A stretch of DNA of 64,000 nucleotides from Diplonema japonicum. Lineage: Eukaryota > Protista > Euglenozoa: Diplonemea. Shown piece after piece: positions 1 to 14,346 of the stretch. The position numbers and the translations under genes were made by a program. Numbering within the stretch: the first letter of the stretch is position 1; the number at the start of each line of letters is the position of its first letter. The stretch covers positions 714,127 through 778,126 of the forward strand of contig OZ025663.1 of the NCBI GenBank assembly GCA_964019335.1, read 5' to 3'. Below the pieces are notes generated by a model, which saw only the letters and a list, made by a program, of their open reading frames with translations, was not told the origin of the DNA and did not search any database.

Positions 1-620
<620 letters not shown>

Positions 621-1137
621 GACCTCTAAACCGACCATCTCGACTTATTATTCTCATTTTCTTTTTATAGTGTTTTCTCTTTTTTTTTTTTTTTTTATAG
701 TTTCATAAGTTAAATGGTAATTGAAAGAAAAGAATGAAAAGAAAGAAGGGGGAGGCGGAGAGGGTTCCCTCGGAAGAGGCGTTTCGCGATTTGTGCTTCA
801 CACCTGACTCTCTCTCCCTCAGCCGTCTTCTCTTAAGAAGGCGTTGTTGAGACGACCCCCTCTTTTTTTTCTAAAAGAAAAAAGCCCCCCTCCTAGTATG
901 GAAGGGGACAAGACTTGGATTAATAAGATTTTGCTTTCTCCCTTTAAAAAAAAAAGAAATAATAACATCAGAATGACCCAGTTAAAAAAAAAAAAGACAT
1001 CCCCCTCTTCACATTTGCACCTCTCCCCCTAACAGTACCTATATTCTCTCTTAATCTTTAAAAAAAAAAGGAAATCTTTTTTTTTTCCCCCACGTTCGGT
1101 AAAGCACACTATTGTGTCCATTCAGGTGTTTAAAAGC

Positions 1138-1674
1138 ATGAACATATGGAGGCAAGGCGTAGGGCGTCGGTTTTATAATATCATACACAAGCACGAGGGT
1201 GTGCAGCAGGTAAAGCCTGTGAGGATCAACTTAACGGTGGTCAACAGGGATGACGTGGAGAAGGTGGTGGTATCCGCCGCAGTGCAAGACAAGATCAGAG
1301 AGTTGGAACAGATAAGAAGCGATAAGAAGAAGATAGAAGCAGAAAAGGCACAGTGGCACGGCACCTGGGCCATATCCATGCTCTTCGTGATGACCATCTG
1401 GTGGTGGCAAATCGTGGCCCTGAAGGGCGTAGTGGGCAACATTGATACAGCCTTAAGCGACTGCTGCAAGCAGATCAACGACACCGAAACCGTCATCAGA
1501 AAAGCAAAGCGTGTTTGGCTCGATAAGCTTGCCCCTATCAACGAGACCTTACGTGACCTCGAACGGGACAGGGCTATGCGTGCTCGTAAGCTTGACCAGC
1601 TCACAGAAACCCTGCGGAACTCCCTCGTGGCTGTAGGCGAGTGGTCATGGAAGGAGAACAAGAAGATGCAATAA
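1138..1674 (+). CDS. Hypothetical single-pass membrane coiled-coil protein, possibly mitochondrial
   Basis: Intronless ORF after a polypyrimidine tract and TTCAG acceptor (1121-1125); Arg-rich N-terminus; hydrophobic WAISMLFVMTIWWWQIVAL flanked by coiled coil. Confidence 0.6.
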   Translation: MNIWRQGVGRRFYNIIHKHEGVQQVKPVRINLTVVNRDDVEKVVVSAAVQDKIRELEQIRSDKKKIEAEKAQWHGTWAISMLFVMTIWWWQIVALKGVVGNIDTALSDCCKQINDTETVIRKAKRVWLDKLAPINETLRDLERDRAMRARKLDQLTETLRNSLVAVGEWSWKENKKMQ

Positions 1675-3031
1675 TTTTTTTTTCTTTCTTTTCTTTTTGA
1701 CATACTAGCCTTCCCTACCCCCCCTTTTTTTTCTGCAAAATGAAAAAGAAAGAAAGCTCTCATGTACGGCAAAAAAGGCTGTATCCCCCTGTAAGTTGGG
1801 GGGACACATTTTGGGTAAAAACAAAGAGAAAAAAAAGGGGGGGAAAAAGAAAAAGAAAGAAAGAAACGCAGCACACACATACATTTTTTTTTCCCCTTGG
1901 GGTTCTGCACCTTTGACGGGAATGAAACTCAACGAAAAGAAAACGGTGGGGCCATTGAGGCCACAGCACCGCACTGACAGCCCAAGAAAGGGTGTCCTCA
2001 GGGTGCGCTTGCCCTTAAACATCGCCTCTTTTTATTTATTTGTCTCGGTTTTCTATTTTGTTTTGTTTTTTGAGGTTTTTTTAAACCCTTTTGAACACGG
2101 GCAACCATACTTACGTACCAGACGAGGCACAGCCAGCAGGAAGGTCCGTGATAGTGTTGAGCAGACATTCGCTGGGTTGGGAAACTACAAGATTATGCCT
2201 TGGTCGATAACAAGCAACGGTCACCGGGTCACTGGTCACTGGGTTTGTTGAATAGGCGTGTTCTGAAATAATCTTTTTGAAAAGAAGAAAGAAAAGAGAG
2301 AAAGAAAATAGAAACATAAAAGATAAGTTTTCGTTTCACTCATGTACAGCTTACACGTGCTGCTGCGGTAGCAGTGTGAGCCAGACCTCTCTATTGTAAA
2401 AAACGAGTTCGCCTTGTTCACTTTCCTCTGCGAGACATATCTGCAGCGGGAGGGGTGTGCCAACCCCCTCTGCGGATTCTCTCTCTCCCCCCACCCCCTT
2501 CCTTTAAACATGAAAAATCCTTTTTTCCTCCATTGAAAATGAATAGGGGCTTGAGTGCGATGACCAATGTTCATTCCATAACCTGAGGGGTGTTCAGCTA
2601 TACAGACGCGCTCTGATTGGCTCCCTTGGTCGGTCCCCATTATTTCTTTTTTGAAAGACTGAGACACGGGATGCACCGGTCACTGTCTCAAAGGATAAGC
2701 ATCTTAAGGCCATGATGCCTTTTGTGTCCCTTCCCTTCAAACGACCCTTCGCACGTGGCCTTTGCTAGCTATTTGTATTGTATGGATCTCTGCTGTTTCC
2801 CTAGCAGCCGCCCCTTGTAACACCACCGCTCGCCCTGCTGGGCACTCACCACCATGGTATGCGCAGCATCCAACAATGCCGCTTCTCGGCAGCTATACGG
2901 TCCATCCCACCCCGTGAAGCATCATCCCTCTCTCCCTCCATCAAAAGGTTCTGGTCCGTATTTTTTATTTCTTTCTTTTTTTATTCCTTCTTCTCTTAGC
3001 TTTACCCTCACGCCAGGTACACGACGTGCAC

Positions 3032-6000
3032 ATGGTAGGCACCTTAAGGGACCGCTCTCCGATTAGGAACAGGAGGCTCAGCCTCGGTGGCGTGGCGGGT
3101 CCTGCAAGACCAGCCTCAGTGACGACCCCGCGTGTGCAGACACAAACTAGAGCATATGTATCGCCTCCTAGAATGTCACCACCGAGCCCACTGCTTGCAA
3201 GAGGAGACTTTGAGACTCCTGTCTCCGTGGGTACCCCTCTTCTGCGTGGCCTCCCTAATAGAGGGCAGGTCACAGTCGATGCCTCTGCCCTTCGTGCCCT
3301 AGAGGATAACTTGGTCCCCGTCGTGGACGCCCTAGCTGCCGCTGAAGCAGAGAACCAGCGTCTTGAGTCAGCACTGCAAGATACAGCACGCGAGAATAGC
3401 CGAGTCAAGAGGACAGCAGACCTTGCCACTGCCGCAGAGCGAGCGGAGCGCACGCATGTTGCCACCATGCACGCCACGGAGGTGGCGGATCTGAGACGAG
3501 GCTTAGATGAAGCTGACCTGGTGATACGGAAGCTGCAGAACGATCACGAAGACCCCGCCGTCATCAACAGGCTGAAGATGCGAGTTGCAGAGTACGAAGC
3601 CGAAAACACCGCTCTGAAGGCACAGCTGGACGCGCACAAGGTGCAGCTGCAAGAGCTGTCCTTGGAGAACACAACTCTAGCTGACACTATCTCACAGCTG
3701 CGCTTGGACGCAGAACGAGCGCGAGCTGAGACAGAAGAGATGGCCGCACGAAACAACACTTTGCGTGATTCGCTTGCGCTGACAGTTGCCGAGCTCAACG
3801 CGCAAATGCAGCAGTCTGCAGACGGGAATGCTCTGATGGGGATGAAGATTCAAGGGTTGGAGTTTGAGCTACATGACAGAAGCAAAGGTGGCGACGACGT
3901 GAAAAGGCTGAAAGAACTCCTCGAGGAGTCCCAGCAGCACCTGCAGCAGTACGACACCATCAACAAGAACCTCTCGTCCAACGCAGTAAGGTTGATTTCA
4001 CAGAGGTCCAAACAGACACACGAGATGTACTCGAAGGCGAGAACCGAAACGATGAGGCAGGCTTGGTGGAAGATGATTTACTTCTGGATCCTGACGCAGG
4101 GGAAGAAGTACAGGGACGCACAGTACGCGCTGCAGCAGGAGCTGATAAGGCACAGCGAAGAGACCGCAGAAGAGCTCAGCAGGATGCAGACCAATTGCAT
4201 GGAAGAAATCATCAAGCTGCGTGATGACTCGGCCGAACAGATGGCACAGGTACTGGAAACTGCACGAAGGGAGAAGGAGATCTTCGCAAAAGACAAGATG
4301 TTCATTTTCGAGGACCTAGAGGCTGAGAGGCAGCGCAGGCTCGACTGTGAAGCAGCGAACAGCGAGTTGAAGCAGGAGCTGCAAAAAGCTGAATTTGCTA
4401 GGTCCAAGTTACAGAAAGACATGAACAATATGCAAAGAATGCTGGAGGCCGACACCGGGGAGCTGCGGGACGAGTTCCTCAACGGGTACCAAAGGCTCTC
4501 GGACGATCTGGTCATGATGTGGAAGAAGCTCAGAGAGGACCTCAACGGGCAGCTGCGTCGCGTGTGGGAGGAAGACAGAGTCTCAAAGAGGGACCAGGAG
4601 AAGCAGCAAGAGAACAAGGGGCTGGTTGATAGCTTGCAGAAGAAGCTGCTCGAGACAGAGTTAGAGCTCGAGAAATGGAAGGATAAGGCCACAGATGTAT
4701 GTTATACCTTTACCAACACCCGACACAGGGCATTGAGAAGCTGTCGTATGAGATGGATCGTGCCAACAAGAAGTTGATCGAGGAGAATGCTGCTGCTCTG
4801 AAGAAGCTGAACCGCGAACTCTCAGACGAGGTATGATTCTTATAGACTCCAAATGGCACCAGACCGCGCGTGGTAGCAGCAAAGAATGGCGAGTGCAGGA
4901 ACTAGAAGGAAGGATAGATGACCTTAAAGATGAACTGAAGCGTATGGCCGCTAAGATGAAGGAAGAAGAAGAGGCCAATGATGAGGTATGCACCACACTT
5001 TGTGTCTGTAAGCAAACCTAGTTCAAACGAGCCTTGGCAGCAGAGCAAGCGGCAAGGAACAAACTGCAGCATGCAGTCGACAAGCACAGCAAGTCTGAAG
5101 AAGAATACGAGCGCAAGATGGAGGAGATGGAGCAAGCTCACAAGGAGGACATCGATGCCTTGCAGAAGAAGATCAGTGACTTGAAGAAAGGCCAGTCGAA
5201 TATGCAGCATGTGAACAAGGAGCTCGAGAACACTTTGGACGACCTGGACAAGGCGCAGCAGGAAGGTAGTGAGCTCCGTAACCTAATTTCTTCTCTGCGT
5301 GATCAATTGGGCGGCAAGGAGGGCAAAATGCAGGATCTGCTGGATATGATAGACCAGGAGAAAGCTGCCACGAAAAAGGTGGAGAAAGACCTGAAGGACT
5401 CCCAAAAAGCAAAAACCAACTTGGAGTACGAGATCGAAACACTGAAGAAAGAGCTGCAGGATGAAGAGTCCAGGAACAATGATTTCATGAAACAGCTTAA
5501 AGACGCACAGCAGCAGAACAGAAAGCTAAAGGGTGAACACCAAGAAGCGCTGCACGACTTGGAAGCAGAACTAGATGAGGCCAGGGAACACATAAATGAC
5601 GCCTCAAAGCTGAAGCAGGAACTGCAGACGCTGAGGGGGAAGATGGCAGACCTCTTAGATGACAACAGGCGGCTAAGCCAGGATAAGGAGGATCTGGAAG
5701 ATAAGAACAGAAAGTTATCCTTCGAGATGGACCTTGAGAAGCAGCGCAACGCAGCCTCGAAGCGCTACTTGGAGAACGAGGTGGACGACCTGCGCCGTAG
5801 ATTGGACGAAGCAGAGGAAGAGGCACAGGCACAGGCTGCGAAGTTTAAGGCACTGAAAAAGGAGAAGCAGCAGGAGATATCGGACCTCCAAGAGAAGATC
5901 TCCAGACTGGAAGAAGAAGCAAACCAGGCGACAAGCAACTTGAGCAGAGCTAACGATGCACTTACGAAGGACAAGGAAAAGCTGATGAAAGAGAAGCTTA

Positions 6001-9000
6001 AGGCGGAACAGGAAATCCTCGCTCTGAAGGAGCAGTGCGACGATGATGCTAAACTTCGCGACCAGCTGAACAGACTGAAGCAGGAATTCGACAAGGAGCG
6101 TCAGTTCACCAAGAAGCTTCAGAAGGAGGCCGAAGACCACGACGCAGTGGTCAACAAGATGCGTAGGATACAAGACCAGCTGAAGAAGGACTTGGGTGCT
6201 GCGCTGGCTTCCAAGGATGAGGTATGTCGCACAGCACCTAAGCATTGCCGGTAGGATCTGCGTGCAACGAAAGATGATCTTGATAAGAAGTGCCAGGAGC
6301 TGCAAGAGACGGAGTTCGAAAGGGTATGCACGACCACTTGGCTCATGTTCATTACAGGCACGAGCCAGAGCTGACGAAGAGGCAATGAAAAGGAGATACG
6401 AAGAAGAACGATCAAGGGCAGAAAGCGAAAGGGACAGAGCCGACCAGGAATACGACAGTGCGGAGGCCTTGAAGAACAGGTTGTCGACTATGGATGCAAA
6501 CCTCTCAGCGCTCTCGGGAGACAATGCGAGAATGAAGCAAAAGCTCCAGGACGAGGCAAGGGCTGCTGAGGATGCAAACGCGGAGAGTGAAAACCAGCTT
6601 GCGAAGCTGCGGGCTGAGATGACACATGCAAAGAACGCACACAAAAACGCACTGGCCGCTGAGCAGGACCTGCACAGGTCGTTAATGGACGAGCAGCAGC
6701 AGAGCAAAGATCTGGCCGACAAGATTGAGAAGCTCGAGAGGAGATTGCAAGACAGCCAGAGGTTTGCGGAAGAGAGCCGGGCCCTCGCAGAACAAAGGGA
6801 CGAACTCTTGCGCAGACTGCAGAGGGAAGCTGACAAGGTCAACGATCTCGAAAGGGAGATTGATGCGTTGCGTCGCGACAGTAAGAACTTAAAGGATGCC
6901 CACGAGAAGGTAGCTACACTAGAAGCCCAGGTCGATGAACACCGTGCCCAGCAAGAGCAACTACGCCGTGAGGCCGAAAAGGTGGAGGGGCTGCAGAAGC
7001 AGATGAATCACCTGAAGCTTAAGGCGCAGCAGGAGATCGACGAGAGGATGGCTGACGCTGCTAAACAGATGGCTGATCTTCGCCAGCAGAAGGACGAGCT
7101 GGCTGGTGACAAGAGACGACTGTCCGATGATCTGAGGAATGCAAGGGCAAACCAAGACGACGCGGAAAGCATGATCAAGGACCTTGAGCGAGAGCTTGCA
7201 CGACTGCAGGATGATCTGAGGGAGCGTGACAGCAAGCTCCGCAGTGAAAGGCAAGCTTTGAAAAACGCGAACGAAGAAGTGGAAGACCTGAAGGATGAAC
7301 GCGATGTCCTGACGCGAGAGCAGGACAAGCTGCGAGCAGAAATATCTAGCAACAAGGACGAGAGAGACCGCATGAAAGAGCGCCAAGAGTCCATGGCTGA
7401 GACTATAAGGTCGCTGGAGGACCAGTTGTCTGATCTCAGGAAACAGCTGGCAAAGATGAAGCAAGAGAATGAGGACCTCAAGGGCGACGTTGACAGGGGA
7501 CTGAATAACCAGCTGAAGGCACTCCGCAATGAATGCGACGAAGCGAACAGTGAAATCGAACGCTTGAAGGCCAAGATCAAGGACTTGAAGAAGAAGCAGC
7601 AGGACAGGGACATGCTTTCCGACGCGAACCAGACTTTGGAGAGCAATTTGAAGAAAGCCAAAGATGCCAATGAAGACTTGCAAGATACTATCGACAGGAT
7701 GCACAGGGAGTTCAAGGAGAAGGCAGGCGATCAGGCGGCAAGGCTAGCGGATGAGCTGGACGAGATAGCCCGTGAAAGAAATGACCTCAAGCACCAGCTG
7801 GCGATGGAGCAGGAAAGGACTGAAGACTTGCAGAAGAAGCTAGCTAAGCTCGAGAAGAAGCTCGCAGACCACCGCAACATTGATGATAAGTACCAAGAGT
7901 TGGAAGGGAAGTACAACAAGCTGGGCGACAAGTTCAAGGAACTGGAGGCAGCACACGAACAGCTTGGTGCAAAGCACAAGCAGCTAGAGGCTGACTACGC
8001 GGATCTCATGGCAGAGCGTGACTCCTTGCTGAAGGGACAACAGGACTTAGAACGAAAGCTCAGAAACGCGGAAGAAGAAAGAGATGATGCCAAGCGAGCA
8101 GCAGGGAGGCTGAAGCAGGTCCTGGATGACATGGAGGGGAAGCTTGGTGACGAGGAAGATGAAAAAGGCAGAGCAGAGAAAATGGGCAAAAGGTTGAGGC
8201 AGCAGCTCGAGGAAGCACAGAAAGAAGCTGAGGAACTCCGCCAGAAACTTAGAAAGGAAGAGGAGGATAGAGAAGATGCCCAAAGGGAGAAGGAAGAAAT
8301 TCAGAGGAACGCAAAGAAGCTCAAAGCAGAGCTGGAGGAGATGTACGGCGAGTTCGGAGACGAGAAGGGCAAGGTTGAGAAGATGAATAAGAAGCTGAGA
8401 CAGCAGCTCGAAGAAGCTGAACTAGCAGCTGCCGAGCTCCGACAAAAGCTCAAGAGTGAAGAAGAGGAGAGGGAAGAGGCTCAAAGAATTGCGAAGAAGC
8501 TGAAGCAGGAGCTCGACACCATGCAAGGGGAGTTGGGTGACGAGAAGGGCAAGGTAGAGAAGTCAGCAAAGAAGTTGAAGGAAGAGCTCGACGAGCTGCA
8601 GGAGAAGTTTGACCAAGAAGAAGGCGAGAAGGATAAGTGGCAGAAGTCAGCAAAAGACCTGAAAGCAGAGCTTGACGATGCACAAGAGGCAGCGGACAAG
8701 TTGCAGCAAAAGCTTAAGGAAGAGGAAGATGAAAAAGAAGAAGCTCGCCAGGTCTCCAAGAAGCTGAAACAGAAGCTTGACAGTCTTGAAGGGAAGCTGG
8801 ATGACGAGGAGGACGAGAAAGGCAAGGTGGCTAAGTCGGCAAAGAAGCTCAGGGAGGAGCTCGAGGACCTGCTCGAGAAGCTCCAAAACGAGAAGGATGA
8901 ACGAGAGAAGTGGCAGCGGTCCGCAAAGGAGCTTGAAGATAGATTGGAGTCCGCAAACAAGTCGGCAGATGGGCAGCTTGCAGCAAAGACAGAGGCGCAG

Positions 9001-10321
9001 AATGAGCTTGACAGCATGCAGAAAAAGCTGAAGGACAACCTCGAAAAGCAAAAGGAACAAGAAGAGCTGGCGGCCGAACAGGCTCGTGCAAAGAAGTCCT
9101 TGGAAGACGATTTGGAGCAGAAGACCCTTTTGGTGGAGCAGGGAAATGCCCTGAGGGCAGATCTGGCGGGGCACCTCACGAAGGCCAACGAGACTGCCAA
9201 GAAGGCGCGAAAGGAAGCTGCAGAGTACAAAGAAAGGCTGGGGCAGAGCACCGACAAGAGTCAGAGAAACCTGGAGGATGCTGAACAAAAGATCAGGGAA
9301 CAGGAGAGGAAGATCGGCTCGCTGAAGGATAAGATTGACTCGCTGAAGAGGAAGAACGAGGATCTCAAGGCGAGGCTGGCACAGCAAGAGGCAGAGTTGC
9401 GGGATTGCAACAGGTGCCGTGAGAAGCTGGCAGCAAGGGAAAGAGAGCTGGCTGAGAAGAACAAAGAGCTGGCGGAGCTGCGGGCCTTGCAGAGAAAGCT
9501 TGACGAGATGGTCGGGAACGAAGCAGACTACAAACAAAAGCTCGACGATATGCGAGGGGGCCTCGAGAGATGCAAGCAAGAGAACGCTAGGCTGGTGGCG
9601 ATAGAGGAGAAGTCGAAGGATCGTGAGGTGAAGCTGAAGGAGTACGAAGAGCAGTACGACACCTTCCAGTTCGTGGTGCAGTCAAGGTCGCAGCTCATCA
9701 AGCAGATCTACGATATCTACATGGCAGCGAAGCAGGTACAGAAGTGCCACAGAAACAAAGAGAAGCTAGGAGAGAGCATCGAGACTACCGTGAAGATGGG
9801 CAAGTCGCTGATCTGCGACTTCTTCACGCACCCCGAGAAGATGCACTTAGGGCTGTCACCGTCACACTTCCCTCCCACAGTCGCAGCGCTGGGGAACACG
9901 GATGTGCACGCTAGTATTCTTGGTGAAGGGGTATGTCAAAGGTGCTTTAATCACAACCACACAGCATATCCAATCGGTCAGAGAAGGCGCCGACGTCTCA
10001 GCCTTCGAGAATGCGGTCCCTGATGATGGGGAAGAGGGCAGGCCTGTGGTATGACATGATCACCTGTGTTTACAATCTTCAGCAATCCGTGGCAGTACGA
10101 AAAGCTGTCAACAAGTTCCGGACCTCCGCCTCTGCATCCACTCCGAAGAAGAAGGACTATCCTGCGACCACTACAGTATCGGTGTGTTTCCTTTTATTTG
10201 TTTTAAGACCCGGACCGAATTACTCATCCACAGGTCACGAGGCCTAAGTAGGAAAACAGGAAAGAAAAAGAAAAAAGACAAAGGAAAGAAGAGAAATCAA
10301 GCAGCAGTTTTTTTTTTATAA
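3032..10321 (+). CDS. Very large (about 2,300 aa) coiled-coil protein, probably cytoskeletal
   Basis: Track ORFs 3026, 4833, 5034 and 6196 join in frame via introns 4697-4728, 4831-4862, 4986-5021, 6222-6254, 6324-6357, 9931-9964 and one near 10050-10082. E/K/L/Q heptads throughout. 3' end uncertain: 10247 if 10176-10207 is retained, 10321 if spliced. Confidence 0.75.
8100..8950 (+). repeat. Degenerate internal coding repeats (GDE.(E)KGK..K..KKL..QLEEA) in the coiled-coil gene
   Basis: Recurring peptides LGDEEDEKGRAEKMGKRLRQQLEEA, FGDEKGKVEKMNKKLRQQLEEA, LGDEKGKVEKSAKKLKEEL and LDDEEDEKGKVAKSAKKLREEL. Confidence 0.7.
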
Positions 10322-11295
10322 GCTAACTATTTCTTTTTTTTTTTATATGTTCTTTTTGATACAGATGGGGGGGGTTTTTTTTTAAAGTTGGTTTTCTCCT
10401 TCTTCCTTGCTTGTTGTAGACGAAGTCCGCCGCTCCTTTTTTTTTGTTCGAAACCAGAGCGCAACGTTGATTTTTTTGTCTAGCTGCCCGAGAAAAGATA
10501 AAAAAGGAATACTTAGTGGATAAGAGATACAATTAGTGCCCTCCCCTCACCCTCCATTCCCTTTCCCTTCCCCACACTTGTTTTAGAATGTTGTTCATTA
10601 ACCCCCTTCCCCACCCCTTTTTTTTCTGGTAAAAAGAAAAGTGAGTAGGTGTTCCCTCACCTCCCCCCTTCCCCCAAGAATCTTCGTGTTGCCAACAAAA
10701 GAAATAATCTAGATTTAATATCACGTATCTTCCTTCTTTTTTTCATTGCTCCTCTTTTTTTTTTCTCCTTACGTATATTACCCCTTTAAGATTTTTTTTA
10801 GACCCCCGACTCCCCTTTCCCCCCGTTATAAAAGGCTGATTGTAAAAAAAGAAACAAGAATGAAAAATAGCCTTACAGCAATATTTCTTTATTTAATCCT
10901 TTTTGGTTTTCTTCCCTTCTCCTTTCTCTCTCTCACATGCCTGTTTGCCGTTTACACCTATACCTCGGTGGTGCGGGGGGAGGTGTTTACTTGACGCACA
11001 GAGCTTTCTTCTTTTTTTTTTAATTTAGACATTGAAACACTACGTTGAAAGCTCTTTGTAATCTCCCTGTGCTCCGTTCCGAGAGGCACAGTAAGCAGGG
11101 GACCGAGGCCATTCCCACCGAAGGAAACAAGCATTGTAATTCGAAAAAGACCTACCCACCCCCTCCTCCCACTTTTTTTTTTTCAAGGAGAAAAAAAAGA
11201 TTGTCTCTCATTTTATTCATACTTAAGCCCTTCGCCATCACAACTTCACACAGATGGTGTTGCTGTCGTAGGCTTCATTATACAGGGTAGCTACC

Positions 11296-12630
11296 ATGAG
11301 GCTAGACCAAGCTGGAAGAAGGTCCAGGCTTGGCACTCTGAAAGGTCAAGGTGCTGGGAACGACGCGCTTCACAAAAGATGGGGGCGGGGCTGCGAGAAA
11401 CTGTGCAAGCTTTGGGACTGGTTCGGCACCTCAGAGTCGGCGCGTGCGGCCTTCGCAGCCGCGAAAATGACAAGATTTAATATAGAGAATCTTGTTGCCA
11501 TAGAAGGGGAGGTGCTAGACCTTCAAACAGTGGAGGACTACACTAAAGGTTTGGAGGTGAAAATTGAGATACGTGAGAAGCTTCTTTGCAAGCTGCATGA
11601 TCTTTGCGGCAGAACTAATAAGTCAGACGTGGACTCCACTTTCATAAGGAACGAACTGAGGCTCATTATAGGACTCTTACGTGTCAAGACAATCGAGCTA
11701 TACGAGGTGCTGACGCAGATCATGCACTGCCACACGACGACCACCATTCTTGTCCCCTCTCTCAACATCGTTAATGATGTTCACGCAATAGTCACGAACA
11801 CACCTTTAGAGCGCCTCGTGGGTTTCAACACTTTCCGAAACCCCATGCTGCACCCCTCGTGCCCGCCCTGCATCTGCGCAGAGCCCCTTACTCACGTTGA
11901 AGAAAGCCGTGTTTCACGTGTCTTGCTCTCGCTTGGGAAGGCCACTCCTCATGGCGCGGACTGGATCCACCCCTCTGTATTCACAATGTTGAGTGCCGCC
12001 CTCATCATTGTCGTGGATGTTGCGATGAAGGAATTCCTTAAATCTCGTCTCGACACCTATAAAAGCACGGTCGTGAGCCACGTAGACAGAGAGGCAAGAT
12101 CATCCCTCGGCAGCTTGGGAGGTAACAGCCCTTTAGGGCTGTCCCTGCATAGCCCCACCGGATTCAAGCAGCAGCTGCCGCCTTTGATGCACAAATATGA
12201 CCGTCGACCACAGACCACTGAATCACCTCTCATAAAGGCAATCACTACAAAGTCCCTTGCAAAAAGGGCGAAGAGCGCAATGCAGGGGGGCTCACCCAGC
12301 ATTACACCTATCATGTTGCCTCCTGCGGCCTCGACCTCGACTGCATTCCAACCACGCAAGGAAAGCGGCATAATAAAACAGCTCCTTGCACAATCAAGTG
12401 GTCCGGTCAGTACCGTGATGGCAAATGACACGACTGTCACGATGCAGACATTCTCAAACAACCCAAACACCGGCGCCCTCGTGTTGTGCATGTCCGACTG
12501 CAGAGCTAGGCGTGCCCTTACGGACGTCTTGGCAACTGCACCAGCCCCACTTGCTGTACTCTATTCTGTTCTCACTTCAACACACCCCAATAGTAGTGTT
12601 ACAAAGGTACTGCAAGTCTTAGCAGTTTAG
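11296..12630 (+). CDS. Hypothetical protein
   Basis: 444-aa intronless ORF with coding-like composition between AT-rich spacers. No family recognised; true start may be a downstream ATG (11468). Confidence 0.5.
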   Translation: MRLDQAGRRSRLGTLKGQGAGNDALHKRWGRGCEKLCKLWDWFGTSESARAAFAAAKMTRFNIENLVAIEGEVLDLQTVEDYTKGLEVKIEIREKLLCKLHDLCGRTNKSDVDSTFIRNELRLIIGLLRVKTIELYEVLTQIMHCHTTTTILVPSLNIVNDVHAIVTNTPLERLVGFNTFRNPMLHPSCPPCICAEPLTHVEESRVSRVLLSLGKATPHGADWIHPSVFTMLSAALIIVVDVAMKEFLKSRLDTYKSTVVSHVDREARSSLGSLGGNSPLGLSLHSPTGFKQQLPPLMHKYDRRPQTTESPLIKAITTKSLAKRAKSAMQGGSPSITPIMLPPAASTSTAFQPRKESGIIKQLLAQSSGPVSTVMANDTTVTMQTFSNNPNTGALVLCMSDCRARRALTDVLATAPAPLAVLYSVLTSTHPNSSVTKVLQVLAV

Positions 12631-12692
12631 CCATAGCTCGTAGTATTTTTTGGTTGCAACCCGTCATCTACCACAGTTACACATTGTTGCAC

Positions 12693-14152
12693 ATGGGGTG
12701 CTGTGAAAGTAATGCGGCCGCGCCTTCGTCAGCCGAGAGGCCGGTTCCTGCTACAAAGCGTGCTGTAAAAGCTGAACAAGCAAGACCTGATCCGAAGGAT
12801 TACGGTGAGTGGCCCTGGAGCAGGCCGAGTCCCGATGAGAGAAAAACATTTAAAAAGCAGACTGTTGACTTCTATTACTCGAAAGAGTACCTGCAGTCAT
12901 TCAAGATCCTAAACGCTGTCGAGGCCAAGGCATACGAGGCGTACCTGAACGACGACCTGGAGCAGGCACGCAGCATCCTCGACAACAGGGGCGTGTTGTC
13001 GACTCCTGTGGTGTCGCCTTTGCAGGCCGAGTCGCCAGACGATAGTTTCTTGGACGAACAGGTGGAGAGGGTCAGGGGTGGCTCTGTGTCTGCAGTACCT
13101 GACGGCGCAGGTACGTCACGCCAAGGCCACGGTTTGGTGAGCGGACCGACATCACCGAGGACACCTAGGTATGCATGCAGAACACCCCGTATTCCCACAG
13201 GACTGAATCCACCATCATGGCAGCTATCCGAAGGTGCCCGTTGTTCACTCACTTGAGTTCGAACTTTAAAGAGCATGAAGTTGTGGCACAGGTATGAATG
13301 GCAGCACAAGGTACCGCGCACAGAACATGGTGAGGAAGGAATTCCCGTCTGGACACAGCGTCTATACAACAGGTGAGTACCCTTCCGATGATTTACGCTG
13401 CTGGTACGTCGTGATCCAGGGCAAGGGACTCATCAGACGCAGAAAGGTATGCACAAGAGTAAGCTCATGCCTGCAGGTGAAGGAGCTGCGGATGCCCGGC
13501 GATTTCTTCGGTGAGATGCTTGTGACCAACGCCACGTGCAAGAGTAACATCGATGTGAGGGCCTCAGACCAGCCGTTGGTGACCTACTCCTTGGATCATC
13601 ACACATTCAGCAAGGTGCTGTCGAGCATTGCTCATCAGAGGAGAGAGAAATACAAGGAGGAGTTGAGGAAGGTAACTGTGGGGAACAGAAAGCCTTTTGG
13701 AGAGCTGACCGAAGGTGGCTTGGCTCAGCTTGCAGACTGCCTCACAGAACGATCGTACAGGCCAGGAGACAGCATAATAAAGGTATCTGAGGGGACATAA
13801 GAAGGAAGAACCAACACAGTACGGCGAGCCAGGGCGCTTTGCACATATTATCATGAAGGGCAGAGTTTCGGTGATTGGGAGGAAGAATGGCTCGCCATTT
13901 AAGGTTTGCGAGTTTGCGGAAGGTGAAGACCCGATCGGCTTCTTGGAGTTCTTCAGCTCTGAAGAAGAGCTAACCATCGCAGATGTAGTTGCCTCGCCCG
14001 AGAGCAGCAGTAACGTGGTAACGGCGTGCATCAACAAGGAACACTTCGAGAAGTGCATTGGAAGCGTGAAGGAGTTGTTCAAGGACGCTGCAGATACTGA
14101 TCAGGTATACGGCTATTATAGGGACGTAAAGCAGGGTTCTATTCCTGCTTAG
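12693..14152 (+). CDS. PKA regulatory-subunit-like protein with two cyclic-nucleotide-binding-fold domains (kinetoplastid type), N-terminally acylated
   Basis: MGCC start; RVRGGSVSA pseudosubstrate-like linker; introns 13169-13200, 13292-13323, 13447-13476, 13783-13819. CNB motifs PGDFFGEM, LAQLADCL, GFLEFF...IADVVA, HFEKCIG and terminal YGYY. Confidence 0.8.
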
Positions 14153-14346
14153 CTTACAGACTGCAAAGTCTTCCACTCCTGTTTCCGTTCACCAGACGCA
14201 TCACTTTAACAAGTGGGGCACCGGCTAATAACACACTGTACATGACGAACTATACACCGATTATATTTTCGAAGCTATTTTTGTTGCTTGGTACCTAATC
14301 AGATTTAGTATTCAGGGAACAACAAAAAGAAAGAAAAGAAACAACC

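Noticed and set aside
2660-2720. Weak resemblance to the 18S rRNA 5' end (TGTCTCAAAG...AAG.CATG) and a 7-bp hairpin
   Set aside because: Match is short and gapped, with no further rRNA similarity.
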